DNA of 64,000 bases from Octopus sinensis (lineage: Eukaryota). Location of the stretch: assembly GCF_006345805.1 (NCBI RefSeq), contig NC_043007.1:26784001-26848000 (forward strand), given 5' to 3'. The notes under the pieces were generated by a model. The model ran no database searches. It saw only the letters and a program-made list of their open reading frames with translations, and had not been told where the DNA came from. This document shows positions 12,246 through 25,843 of the stretch, in pieces. A program made the position numbers and the translations under genes. Positions within the stretch are counted from its first letter, which is position 1, and every line of letters begins with the position of its first letter.

Positions 12246-12554
12246 CAATATATAATATATATATATATTATATATATATATATATTATATATATATATAC
12301 ACAACACAGAGCGAGATAGATAGATATGTTTACATATGACGTGTAAGTAAGCGGCTTGAAAGAATGTTAATAAAATCTCCTGTATTGCAACACATTTTAT
12401 TGTAATTCGGGGGGCGGGTCACCGTGCCAATTATAATCACACACACACGCACACACAAATATATACTTGTCACCTCCACCTCAACCACACCGCCAGCGTC
12501 TGACTTGAAGCGAAAACGAACTGTAAATCTTATAACTGTTAAAGCATGTTATGT

Positions 12555-12656
12555 CACCTGATGAGGCTTACTGCACTATTCGATGAATCTAACGTCATTA
12601 CATAGTTCTACACCCACTAGGAAACAGTGCAGAAGGAAGCCGAAACATTCGTCGTG
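12555..12656 (+). ncRNA. Type I hammerhead ribozyme motif with extended stem II
   Basis: Core CTGATGA 12558-64 and GAAA 12642-45. Stem II GGCTT/AAGCC plus CTGCACT/AGTGCAG. Stem III A-C/G-U around an ATTC loop. GUC site 12651-53. Stem I CAC/GTG. AATAAA at 12660-65. Confidence 0.75.
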
Positions 12657-13498
12657 CCGAATAAAGCTTCTAGTTATGCTCTGTCTTCCGTATCATACAT
12701 ACATACAGAAACGGGGGGGTGGACAAACTCATCGCTTTTGGTAGAAGCTACAAATATTATTCAATAACAGTTTGACCCGGCAACTTGCAAATTAAAGTTT
12801 CATAATCTCGTTGAACGAACCTAAATCGGCAGACACTATAGGCAGAGAGTAGCAGGATGTGTGACAAATTCAAGATGGCTTCTAGATGTTAGGCCTCTAT
12901 TACTCAACTCAGGTCACCCGTTGTTATTGGTCTGGAAGCGACCTCAGTTCTTTTTCTCTAATCTTAAGCCCACGTGCTCCAACAGGATTTTGGAAAGTAG
13001 TTATCACTGCTATGTATGGAAACTTCGGTATGGTATACCTAGCGACCTCTTTTTCATGAGACGACAGTGCGCTCCCTTGTTTTTTTAAAGATTTTAGCGG
13101 CAGTATTCCATAAGCGCAACCAGATTTGGTGGTGCTGGATTATCTACCTATTTATCTATATATCTATCTATTGATCTCTCTCTATATATAGATATAGGTC
13201 AGAGAAATAGATGGAGCTGCCTCATTTTCAGAAGAAAAATAGTCTCTAATCTAATGGGATATTAATTCCAGTTGATACCTTGACGTTATATCCTGCGCAC
13301 GCCGTGAGTCGGTGGCGTTGCCGTTACGGATTTGTGTACTTTCCTTCGAACCGACAAGAAATTCAATAAAAGTCATCACTTTTGTTTTTTGTTGTGGTTG
13401 TTATTGTTGTTGTTGTTGTTTTATATGCCATTTTATATCTTTCATTTACAAATTCCTCGGCTAGTCTGTAAATACATACATATATATTTATTATATAT

Positions 13499-13499
<1 letters not shown>

Positions 13500-13561
<62 letters not shown>

Positions 13562-13614
13562 TATATAGATAGATAGATAGATAGATAGATAGGTAGATAG
13601 ATAGATAGATAGAC

Positions 13615-13693
<79 letters not shown>
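13500..13693. repeat. (GATA)n microsatellite
   Basis: Directly visible. Confidence 0.95.
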
Positions 13694-13694
<1 letters not shown>

Positions 13695-14374
13695 GTATAA
13701 ATGTGTGCATGTGTATTTGGGGGGGTGTTAGTATGTAGAAATGGATGAAAGAACATGTGTGTGTGAAAGTGTTTGTATGTGTGTGTGTGTGTGTTTTTAC
13801 GCTTTCTCAGTGACATATCTTCCCTGTATCTGGAATAGAATCACTTGGTCACTCCAGGGTCATGTTTTATCTTTCATTCGGTGCTACATCTCTAAAGCTA
13901 CGAGACGTTAGAGATTAGACCATGGACACCATATTTTAGCCGACAGCTCCACCGTTGACGTTCAGACATTTTCCAGAGATTTATTGAGATATTTTATGGA
14001 AAAAATATACATCATAAAGTGAACTAATATGCAACTTCACCGAGAAGAAAGTTTAAAAAGAATTATCAGATTGCATCCGCTAAGAAACCATGCAAAACGA
14101 TAGACTCCCGCTGGTATGATTGCTCTTTTTTTACTCTAAAATATATTGAAAGGAATTTGAACATTAAACTGTTCAAGCGGATGTATATTTTTGCCAGTAC
14201 ACACACATACTCTCTCTCTGTCTCTCTCCCTCTCTCTCCTGTATATATATATATATATATATTATAATATATATATATATATATATATACATAATATACA
14301 CATACATATATATATATATATGTGTGTGTGTCTGTGTCTGTGTGTATGTATGTATATACCTGTTTGTCTCTTCT

Positions 14375-14858
14375 CGGGCCATGCCTGGCTCATAGGGCGG
14401 GTTTCTCGCTTTCCTTGGCGTATAGGTTCCCCGCCTGGACGGGACGGCGGTCCGTCGCTGGTGAGCTGCAAGATGCAGGATGAAAGAGTGAGAGAAAGTT
14501 GTGGCGAAAGAGTCAGCTGTGGAGCTCAGGTGTTTCGCTCATAAACACATACATCGCCCGGTCTGCGATTCGAACCCGCGATCCCTTATTGTTCTTAATA
14601 TACATACACACACACATAGATATATACATACACACACATATAGATATATACATACACACACATATAGATATATACATACACACACATATATACATACGTA
14701 CACACACATATATACATACATATATATATACATATACAAACACACATATAGATATATATACATACACACATATATACATACACACATATATATATACATA
14801 CACACATATATATGTACATACACATAGCTGCTCTAATGACTAAGCCATGTGCCTCCAC
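14375..14858 (-). mobile_element. SINE family A head with tail type 3, head apparently split by a (TGTATA)-rich array (~14598-14826)
   Basis: On the minus strand: GGAGGCACATGGCTTAGT (A-box part, ~14858-14830), then the array, then GGGTTCGAATCGCAGACCGGGCG and the family A body and tail 3. Confidence 0.7.
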
Positions 14859-14894
14859 ATGTATATACATACATATACATATTTACATCATAAT

Positions 14895-15195
14895 AGACTC
14901 TCCGGTCGTTGCACGACGTTTGAGGCTTCAAACATTTCTTGCCAAACAATCACATAGATGATTTGCTTACAGTGATCAAATGTGTGTGTACTCACTTTGC
15001 CCCACCCATCCATCAGATCGACATTACCTGTATAGGTGCATCATGTATCACATGTCAGATGACAAAATGATCGCAGAGCAACATGAAATGAAGCGCGTCC
15101 CTCACGAACACAGCGCAACGCCAGGTTTGGGAATCGAACCCATGATCTTGCAATCGTGCGTGCAACATCCTAACCACAAAGCCATGCGCCTTCAC
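14895..15195 (-). mobile_element. tRNA-headed SINE of another subfamily
   Basis: On the minus strand: GGCGCATGGCTTTGTGGTTAGG..GGGTTCGATTCCC (A and B boxes). Confidence 0.7.
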
Positions 15196-15367
15196 ACACA
15201 CAGACACACACAGACACACACACACACACACATATATATAATATAGGGATCGGTGTATTTTCCCTCGAACCGACAAGTATTTCAACAAAAGTCATCAGTT
15301 TTGTTGATATATGTATGTATATATATATAGATATATAATTATATATATATATATATTATATATATAT

Positions 15368-15399
<32 letters not shown>

Positions 15400-15573
15400 A
15401 AATAGTAAAAAGTGAAAAACTACAGAAGCTTGTTTTAAAGGTTTAAAAAATATATATTTGAGTCAATATGTCTGAAGAATCTTATAAAATTTTTTCTTAC
15501 AATGACATAGTTTAGAAGAAATGATATATTTTCTATATATTCAACCACGTGCTTTCACAAACCAACTGTCTCA

Positions 15574-15605
<32 letters not shown>

Positions 15606-15629
15606 ATATCTATATATATTATATATATA

Positions 15630-15679
<50 letters not shown>

Positions 15680-15848
15680 CATACATATATATATATAATA
15701 TATATATATTCGCACATATAGATATATGGATGAATAATTCGGAGCTCTGTGTTTACAGACTTTAAGTTCAAATCTATTTGATCACTACGACGTGTTTTTA
15801 TACTAGGAATATCTAGCTCACACCTATTATGTGCATGTGTGTGTGTGT

Positions 15849-15906
<58 letters not shown>

Positions 15907-17265
15907 GTGGTATGTTGTTATATTTGAGGATGGTCATTTTCTTTGTCAAATAAACAGACGCACTGTATATTTGTTATTCACTTCAAATTGATTATTGTTC
16001 TTAATTTAGTGTTCCTTGTCTGGAAATCTTTGGTTTCACGTCCTGTGACCTTTTCAGTCACTCTCCAATCCACGTGTCCCCTGCTATCCCATATATATAT
16101 ATATATATATAAATGGAGTTTAACGCAGGTGTAATTCAAATACTTTTACTTCCGACACATGTTTCGAAGATATCACTGATATTATTCTTTCCTTGGACAA
16201 TTTTTTGCTACCCTGGTAACTATTTATCTATTTTTTCCGTGTTAATTGTTAACAAGGGAAAATACACACATCTATTTATATATTTGTATATATATACACC
16301 GTAAACAGAGAAATAGACTGTTAGAAACAGAAGACTACAAGGGAGAAATGATGAATGATGCAGTTATAAATGAAGGTTTACAGACTTTAAAATAAAGCGC
16401 AAAGCATTATGCACATATACACACGTTTGTGGCCGCCTTTGGATATGTAACTATGTTGTAAATAATTCTTGTAGTGGCAAAACCTTCATGTTTATTTTTT
16501 GTATTTATTTTTGAAACAGTATTAACTTAACTATCATACAAATCTGTATTACAAATAACATTAATTACATAGACAATCTCCTAATTAATCATGTAAATAG
16601 CATATAAGGAAAGCATAATTCTCCAACAACGGAACACTCAAAATTGAAAATCAAGAACGCTAAGAATATTTTTATAGATTAAGGAAAACCATTTTTAACC
16701 ATTTTCGCGTTTATATTTTAGGGTGATTTTTTTTAGCTTTATTTTAAAATAGTTTCATTTGTAGTAGCTTTTTTTTGTTTTCTTTTGTTGTTTTGTTTTT
16801 TTGTTGTCAAATGGAGCCGGAATATTTAGACTTAATGTTCTACTTAGGCAACATGGCGCCGAATATTTTACATTCATTAATGTTCGAGATTATTCCTCAC
16901 CTTTGCCACTGGTTTTCTGAATAATGTTAATGGGTATGAAGACGATTGCAGATATGTGTATGTGAATAGCTATATACGCATCTATTCATACATAGAAACA
17001 TAGATACCTATATACATACACATACACACACATACATATATATGTACGTATTTTATGTACGGAGAGACAGAGAGAAACAGAGAGTGTGTATGTGAGATAG
17101 AGAAAGAGACAAAGAGGGAGTCAAAGATTGATGGCTAGATACAAATATATATAGATGTATCTGCGGATATATATACATTTATGCATGTATATATATGATA
17201 ATAGCATTAATAATAATAATAATAAAAATTATTACGAAGTAGCTTAGCATTATATTTATATACAT

Positions 17266-17314
<49 letters not shown>

Positions 17315-17386
17315 TACATCAATATGAGGATATACATGTGATCATATATATGCCTAGATAGATACGTAAACATTTGAGCGCATGTA

Positions 17387-17419
<33 letters not shown>

Positions 17420-18204
17420 CACTCGTGTAATATATATATATTATGTATGTGTGTGTGTATGCATGTTTATATATTTATTTGCAGTTAAGTATGAACATGT
17501 TTTTAGGTGTCTTTATGTATGTAAGTTTATGTGTTTCTATAGTAATCTGGTTTTGTGTATATGTTTTTGTACCTTTTATCATAATTATTATCGTTACTGG
17601 TAGCAGGAGTATGAGTAGCGCCACTAAGTTTTAAGGCCTGTTTGTATCTAGACTGGTTGTGAGTTTACGCGGTTTTAATGTTCCTCGTGAACTTCTATAG
17701 TAGATACGTAATTTAAAATAGAGAATCGGGCCTGAATGCCAATATCTGTCTGCCTCGTCAGCAAAAAATCTAAGGAATTAAATAGGTTAAACTAAAAGTT
17801 GTTACAAGGAGGATAGAAGATCTGACGTTTCGGACTCAATTCGTTTATCAATAATAACATCAGAAAATTCATTGTACTGCTGATGAATTATATTTTGTAG
17901 AATTAATTAACTGCGAAATAGCGGTGGTGTTACAGCGACAGCGGGGTGGAGGGATGTGCAGCTTGTTGTGAGTCTCAGGTATTTGAGTTCAAACTGTCGG
18001 ACAGGAAGACAAATGTTGGTCTACCTCGGAGATATTACAGCGGCAGGGGCAATTCAATGTGCAGTCCGATATGACTTTTTACTCACCGGGTTCAAACTAC
18101 ACTGAAACCAATTTTTCATTTAATTTGTCGCTGTCATAGAACTTTTCTTTATCTTACCTCATTGTCATTTGTTTAAAACTTTCTGTGTATCTCTCGCTCA
18201 CTCA

Positions 18205-18235
<31 letters not shown>

Positions 18236-20254
18236 ACTTCCTTTTCCACCCAATCTTTAATACTGGCTACGGTCGACACCAAGTTGTCTCATAAGGCAAC
18301 AGGAATCCACATATGGAGTCTTCTATAATTTCTCCCCAATGAGAATTCTGTGAATGTCATGTAATAGCAAAAATTCGATTATTAATCTGATGGCAAACGG
18401 GAAGAAATATTTGGCGCTAATATTTGCCCTTTATATTACTTCTTTCATTCATTGGTGTGTGGTCCATGTTGGGGCCCCGTCTTAAATAGTTTAGTTGATC
18501 AAACAACCCCAGTCCTCGTTTTCAATTCAGCTACGTATTCTAACGGTATTTTGTGTTGAACCACTACGTTACAGAAACATAAACGAACAAACTCCGGTTC
18601 TCAAGTGGTGCAGGGAGTCAAAGAATCGTAAAGATACACACAGTAAACGATAGATGCCTCAGGTGTCGCAGAGCGGGATCGAACGCAAAACTACGAGGCT
18701 GCAAAGCAAGCCATGCCTGCGCAAGATTAAATTTGGATTTTATATGGAAACGATTGATTGCAAAGTAGTTTAATAGTCTTGAGAGTCAAGACTATTGAAA
18801 AGGCTGCAAGACGCAAAGAAAATTTTAGGACAACAAAAATAAGAAATAAGTGGAAATTTTACCGGCGAGTGTGTTACATTATAAGGCACAAAAAGAAAAT
18901 GGCTCTCCCCAGACACAACAGAAAATGCTTCAACACACGAACTCATATAAAGAATCATGCAAACTAAATCCCAAAACGAAATATATATATATATATATAC
19001 TATTCATAGAAAAATATCGTGTACATTTAAACACATAAGCGATGACCATAATAGGACATCTGACTCACTAGAAAAAGCAGTTAAACTCCAAACCACTAAT
19101 AGTTGTAATTCTGAAAGGGAAAGAGAAATAAAAACTTTTACCCAATATATATATATATAAATTGCATATACGTGTATGTATATATGATAGACAAAAGAGA
19201 GGGAATGACAGTGGGGAAGAAAGATGGGACGGGAGGGAAGTGAAGAGCGAATATGAGAGGGGAAGGAGAGAAGGATAAAAGAAAGAGAAATTGAGAAGGA
19301 AAAGTCTCTCATAAAAAGGGATAAATAAATTCGAAATAATTTGGAAAAAGAGGAAAATGCGTCTCTTATCTTATTCTTTCTGCGGGCAGATCTCTAAACT
19401 ATTCGAATGTATGTCGTCTCAGAAAGACCGAGCGATATGTGTACTTTTGTACGTATTTTAACGTTTTTCTTTTCGTTCTGAATCGATTAATATTTTTTCA
19501 TCTCAAATAACTCGTAAGGTGTTGATTATGATTTTTTTAAAGTAATTCCACGAATGCTCTCACAACACAGACTACACGGTAAAATACATAACACCTAGTT
19601 CAATATTCGAACTATAAATATGGGATTTAATCAAATTCTGTCGTTTTTCTATATAACAGAATTTTAAAGTAGATACGATGGATCATGCATAAGGTTTTAT
19701 CATATTCTTTGTCTTACTTTTTAAACCATTGCAAATGAAATTTGATCGGATTTCATGTTTTCCTTTCATATTTTCTTTTATATATTTCAATGTCTGCTGA
19801 TTCTTGACCTCCGGTGTTTAAATTCTATCGCTGACGCTTCGGAAGAACTTTCAAAAATATTTTATTTGAAATAAGTTTCATCAAAGAAGTGCTTATATTT
19901 CTCGAAATGTCCTTTTACTTCCTATCATGTTTTTGCTGAAATGTGTCAAACCAGACATCCTTTTAACTGGAACTTCCTGTCAGTTTCGACAGCAAATCTG
20001 TGTTAAATCTGTACAATTTGTAGTTTACAGGTCACGTATATAGACCAGTGGTTTGATAGAATCGGTGGAGTTTCGGGAAGATATTCTGTGACATTTAGAT
20101 ACATCCCTTCCGATGGTCACTTTATAACTGCCCGATGTTAATATAGTCCTTCGTTCATTTGAGGTCAATAGAAGTGTACCAGATTTTCGTACTGGGGTCG
20201 AGGTAATCGATTATCTCCCTTCCATTAAAATAGCTAGCGTTCTAGCATTCTATA

Positions 20255-20417
20255 GGCGTTGAAGTAGCTGTGTGGTAAGGAGCTTGCTAACGAACCCCAT
20301 GGTTCCGGGTTCAGTCCCACTGCGTGGCACCTTGGGCAAGTGTCTTCTACTATGGCCTCGGGCCGACCAAAGCCTTGTGAGTGTATTTGGTAGACGGAAA
20401 CTGAAAGAAGCCCGTCG

Positions 20418-20492
<75 letters not shown>

Positions 20493-20625
20493 TGTCTGTT
20501 TGTCTGTTTGTGGTTGCCCCCCACCACCGCCACCACCAACATCGCTTGACCAACCGATGCTGGTGTGTTTACGTTCCCATAGCCAAATGACTGAAACAAG
20601 TAAAAGAGTAAAGGAGTAAGAGTAT
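20255..20625 (+). mobile_element. SINE family B
   Basis: GGTTCAGTCCCACTGCGTGGCACCTTGGGCAAGTGTC, internal (TA)n(TG)n and tail AAATGACTGAAACAAGTAAAAGAG. Confidence 0.9.
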
Positions 20626-21566
20626 ACTACTATCCAGTTCCATTTTGAAAGCGAACCATTCTCAGAAGATGAATTTGAACAGAAGATAATAACTTGTTAA
20701 GATTGTTTCTACGGATTTTTCTAGCCAGCCCTTATTCTTGCTACTTCGTTTCTATCAGTACAGGCCAAAATTTCAGGAGAACATCTGTAGAGATGACCTT
20801 AACAAGTGATTTAATAGTACTGCTAACACAGTAGAACACAGTACTGAGATGTAATAGAGTTTAATATACTTTGCGGTTTATTATGGTTTTCATTACAAAA
20901 TCCGGTATCCCTACAGGCCGTGAGGAAGATACTAAATACGCACATTCATTATAAAATTGTTAATAAATGGTTTTGCAGCATGTTAGAAATATCTAAAAGA
21001 AACGATGCCTCTGCAAATTGGAAGTTTTCCTACGCTGAACGCCATCTGATAATTCAACAAGATATCACAGGAACACAGCATGAGAAAGGACGGAAAAACA
21101 GAAGCCGAGGTTGTGTGACCTTTGTTAGATAAAGCTTCTCATCCATGTGGGTGGGGTATTACTTTTATTAAATACGTAAGCCTAATTATTCCGCTTCTTA
21201 AATATTTCTGTTAATGATTCTATGTAATTAATCTATGTGTGCGTGTGTGTTTGTGGCTGCGTGAGACTGTGTGAATGTGTGTGTACGAAATAAACAAATA
21301 GACTTATAAATTTAGCAGTTCTCTGTAAACTGAAAAGATAAAGAACAACCTTAACAGGTTTTCGAGAATTATTGCGGTCTCATCAGTGTTGTCATCAATA
21401 CTTGACCCAACCTCTAGAAACAAGTCACTGCTTTGTATAGTCTTTAAATATAGCAGTTTCAGAGAGATGAAAGATTTATAACGTTTTGTTGTTTTATTTT
21501 TGGCACATATATATTCTACAAACAACAACAAAACATCGACCACCATCAAAAGAAGCAGCAACAACA

Positions 21567-21925
21567 GTGGAGGCACAATGGCCCAGTGGACTCACGGACG
21601 GAGGCTCGCGGTTTCGATTCCCAGACCGGGTGTTGTGTGTGTTTATTGAGCGAAAACACCTGAAGCTCCACGAGGCTCTGGCAGGGGGTGGTGGCGACCC
21701 CTGTTGTACTCTTTCGCCCCAACTTTCTCTCACTCTTTCTTCCTGTTTCTTGTCCCCGAATTCCTACGCAGCCGCTGAGCCTAGATGCGCATTCATCCAT
21801 CCGTCGATGCTCTCGATGTCGGGGTGGGGGGATCTGCTTTCTCTTCTGCGCGGGTCTTACAAATAGCAAAGGACCACGTTTCGGACTTCTCCCACCAGGG
21901 ACGAAAACCGCTTCGCTCAACAAAC
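21567..21925 (+). mobile_element. SINE family A head with tail type 2
   Basis: Family A head and body to ~21748, then an unrelated tail. 18-bp TSD AAAGAA(G/A)CAGCAACAACA at 21549-21566 and 21926-21943. Confidence 0.85.
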
Positions 21926-22554
21926 AAAGAAACAGCAACAACAAGGCAAACAACAATGGCGACAACGACGAGACGACGATGATAACGTCAGCAGGAATAT
22001 TAGGTCAACAATACCAACAGAAATAATTGCAAAACAAATTGTACCTAATACGGATTTTACGCTTCAGAATAATAAAGCTGAATTATGATTTCCACACGGG
22101 AATACAGTATCAAGTATGGCAGAAATTATACATTCATTCATATGTTCATTTTTCGTTAATTAGACCCTCAAGAAGGATTCACCTAAGCAATATAGAAATA
22201 AATAGTTCGCAAGAAAAATGGTACGAAATAATTGCTTGAAAATGCATATATTTCGTTGCCTCCACCTTCAGGTGAACCCAATAAACTAGCAGAGTTTAGT
22301 AGGAAATTAGTGGAAAATTTAAGCTACTCCCACAGGAAATAATAACGATAGCAAAGAATGCATGACTACCACTACTACTACTACTACTGCTGCTGCTGCA
22401 AATGTAGCAGCAACAAAATACGCAGCCTCTAAAGCAAGACGGAGTAATTTGCGCGTTATGTGAAATTTGCAGCTTTGTAAATATGATTATATATACATGT
22501 ATACATACGTCTACACACACATACATACAAACACACACACTAACACACTCACGC

Positions 22555-22588
<34 letters not shown>

Positions 22589-22852
22589 TATGTATATACC
22601 TATGTGTATATGCATATGTAAAATTGGTTCTTGGATGTCGAGTGCAAAAAAAGGTAAACTTGTGCATTCGCTTCATCAGCGAGGAATAACCTGACAGGAA
22701 TATTTGTTGAATACGATATGTTTGTGGGTGTTTTTAAATGTGGCTCTCTATATATGCGTGATTGTGTGTGTATACATTTATATATATATAGTATATATAT
22801 ATATAATATATATATACAATATACGCGTGTTTGTCTACATATATATGTATAT

Positions 22853-22924
<72 letters not shown>

Positions 22925-22925
<1 letters not shown>

Positions 22926-23060
22926 AGGCGCAGGCGTGGCTGTGTCGTAAAAAGCTTGCTTTCCAACCACATAGTTCCACGTTCAGTCCCACTGCTGGCA
23001 CCTTCCGCAACTATCATTTACTATAGCCTCGGACCGACCAAAGCTTTTTGAGTGGATTTC
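22925..23060 (+). mobile_element. SINE family B head, truncated
   Basis: AGGCGCAGGCGTGGCTGTG..GTTCAGTCCCACTG..CCGACCAAAGC. Confidence 0.8.
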
Positions 23061-25083
23061 CTACCACAGAGCCACTCCTGTACATAATATATATATCATA
23101 AAGGAATCGTGATTTGAAAACTGTGCTTTCATGAGCTCCAGTTTAATCGAGGTTCGTATAACTACACCGAAATACGAAACAATGGTACATTGCTTGTGGT
23201 AACCAAGTCTCCTCGAGTAAATCTGATTGGATACGCATACCCCCGATGAATTATAATGAGGATGCAACTAGTAACCACATTTTAGGATACCTATGCGGTA
23301 GAAACACGTGTCGGACAGACATTTAAAATGAATAGATTGGTTATAATACTGTAATAAATAAGCTTCTGAGGGTCTATAATACTCCATACTTATTTTCAAT
23401 GTATTGTGTGCGTGTGTATACATATATACATTTATACATATATTTGTTTGTTTAAGTGTATTTTGTTTTTTTTTTAAAGTTGTCCTGTACAGCTAGATAA
23501 ACTAAAACAGGTATATAGTTGTAGATTTATGAATAGAATGTATATCTCATGAGGAAAATCAATAAACTGGAAGGTTTATATAAATATCACATTAGATAGA
23601 ACGTAACCCTTGGCATCAGGCGTGTTTAAAATCGTTTAGTTTGATCTGTTATATTCCAAGCTAAAATATACGACCGGCCATTCTAAAATGGCGCATATTT
23701 TTATATCTGCCACTGAATTTGACGGGAAATAGCGAGAGAGTCGTTGTTGGACGTTTTATAACTTAGTGCCATTAAAGTAAATATAATGGCCAGCGCAGTG
23801 TTGTTCTTATTTATCACGCTTCTTTCTATCTTTCCTTTTACTATCATTCACTTTTATGCTCTTTCTTTTCTGTCTTCTTTACTGGTATTATTTCGATCAT
23901 CGTTCATTATGTACTTTCTGTAATAACTTCAGTATTTTCTCCATTTTCTCTATTCATTCTCTTCCTCGTCTTCGTTTATTCGTACTTTATTTGTTTGGGT
24001 CTGTTTTCCATGAATCTTTCTCTTTCACTCCTATAAACTGTCTGTCCTACTTTTATTTTCATTCACTTTTCGTAACTAACTTTCTAACAATTTTGAAAAT
24101 GGCGTCGAGAAATATAAAAGACAGGCATTACTCGTAGCAAAATAAAATAAACCAAACTCGAATATAATAGATGAATTTTTATATAAACAGATAAGACTCG
24201 AAGATGACCAGTTAGATAAAGTAACGAGATATTGCTGAACACGTCAGTGGCATGTAACTCTTAGCTAACCCTTTGCTTACTCACAAATATCTTATTAAAT
24301 CTTGCAAACTTACTTCTTCTAGAATTTTATGGCCACCCATAAATAGGACTCGAGGTTTGACGTTAAGACATATTCCAGTGGCAAGATAAATGCCATTACC
24401 TACATTGTGTGATAAGGTAAAAATGTCTATTTTTCCCCATTCAGGTTCAGCGACCCCTTGTATGTATCCAGCAAGCATTTCCATTCAGTTCGACTGACGA
24501 AGCTTGCCGTGATCATAGCAGAAACTACATGACCAGGACGCTCTGTAATGAGATCATATAGGCGTGACTCGAAACAGTTATTCTTGAATATACAACATTT
24601 ACTTGAAGCTTCAAGCTTGAAACTACCTCAGTATTGTCTTTTTTTATTGTTTAGCCCTTGGAATAAAGGAAATAGCTACCACGAACAGGACACCACAATG
24701 ATGGTGAGAGCAATAATGTTCCTATTCAGATCCAAATTGTGAAGGTTGTTATGTACAGGAAATGTGTGCAAAGAAAACAGATACCGGTGAATTCCATTTC
24801 TGATAGAATAACGCCAGACCTTAGTATAGCTTTGTAGTTGTAGTTATTATTGTTGTTGCTCTTCTTCTTCTTCTTCGTCTTCTTCTTCTTCTTCTTCTTC
24901 TTCTTCTTCTTCTTCTTCTTCTTCTTCTTCTTCTTCTTCTTCTTCTTCTTCTCTCTCTATATATATATATATATATATACATATGGAGATTAATAGAAAT
25001 ATATATATACAGGAAGAGAGATAGATAGACAGATAGCTAGGTAGATAGATAAATAGATAGATATGTATATCATCGTGTATCTG

Positions 25084-25114
<31 letters not shown>

Positions 25115-25403
25115 ACGCACACACATATATATGTATATATATGTATATATATATTTGCATGTATGTGTGTGTATGTGTGTGTCTGCAGATGAATATACAC
25201 TGGTTGTTGAGAATATAGATCTAAATATAACTTTAATTCTGGTGAAGGAATTACAACTCAGGGATATCTATAAATAGAAAGAGCTTTTAATATGTCTGTG
25301 AGTGTATGTATGTGTGTATGTATGTATGTATGCATGCATGTATGTATGTATGTGTGTATGTATGTATGTATGTATGTATGTATGTATGTATGTGTGTATG
25401 TAT

Positions 25404-25503
25404 NNNNNNNNNNNNNNNNNNNNNNNNNNNNNNNNNNNNNNNNNNNNNNNNNNNNNNNNNNNNNNNNNNNNNNNNNNNNNNNNNNNNNNNNNNNNNNNNN
25501 NNN
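25404..25503. other. 100-N assembly gap, with (TATG)n on the left and (CATA)n on the right
   Basis: Directly visible. Confidence 0.99.
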
Positions 25504-25809
25504 TACATACATACATACATACATACATACATACACACTCACACACACATATATATTAGACATACAAGCAAACATACATACCTGCATACTACATACGTAA
25601 TTACATATATACATACATACATACTTACATACGTACCTACATACATTAATACATACATACATACATACATACATACACACATACATACATACATACATTA
25701 ATACATACATACATACATTAATACATACATATAAACATACATACATACATACATACACACACACATACACACATACATACATACATACATACATACATAC
25801 ATACATACA

Positions 25810-25843
<34 letters not shown>

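Noticed and set aside
15255-15305. CTGATGA-8 nt-GAAA-5 nt-GTC on the minus strand (related copy at 13335-13385)
   Set aside because: Neither stem I nor stem II can form, and the sister copy lacks the core.
24494-24530. CTGACGAA-GCT..AGC-A-GAAAC
   Set aside because: It has only three stem II pairs, an extra base, and no stem I or cleavage triplet.
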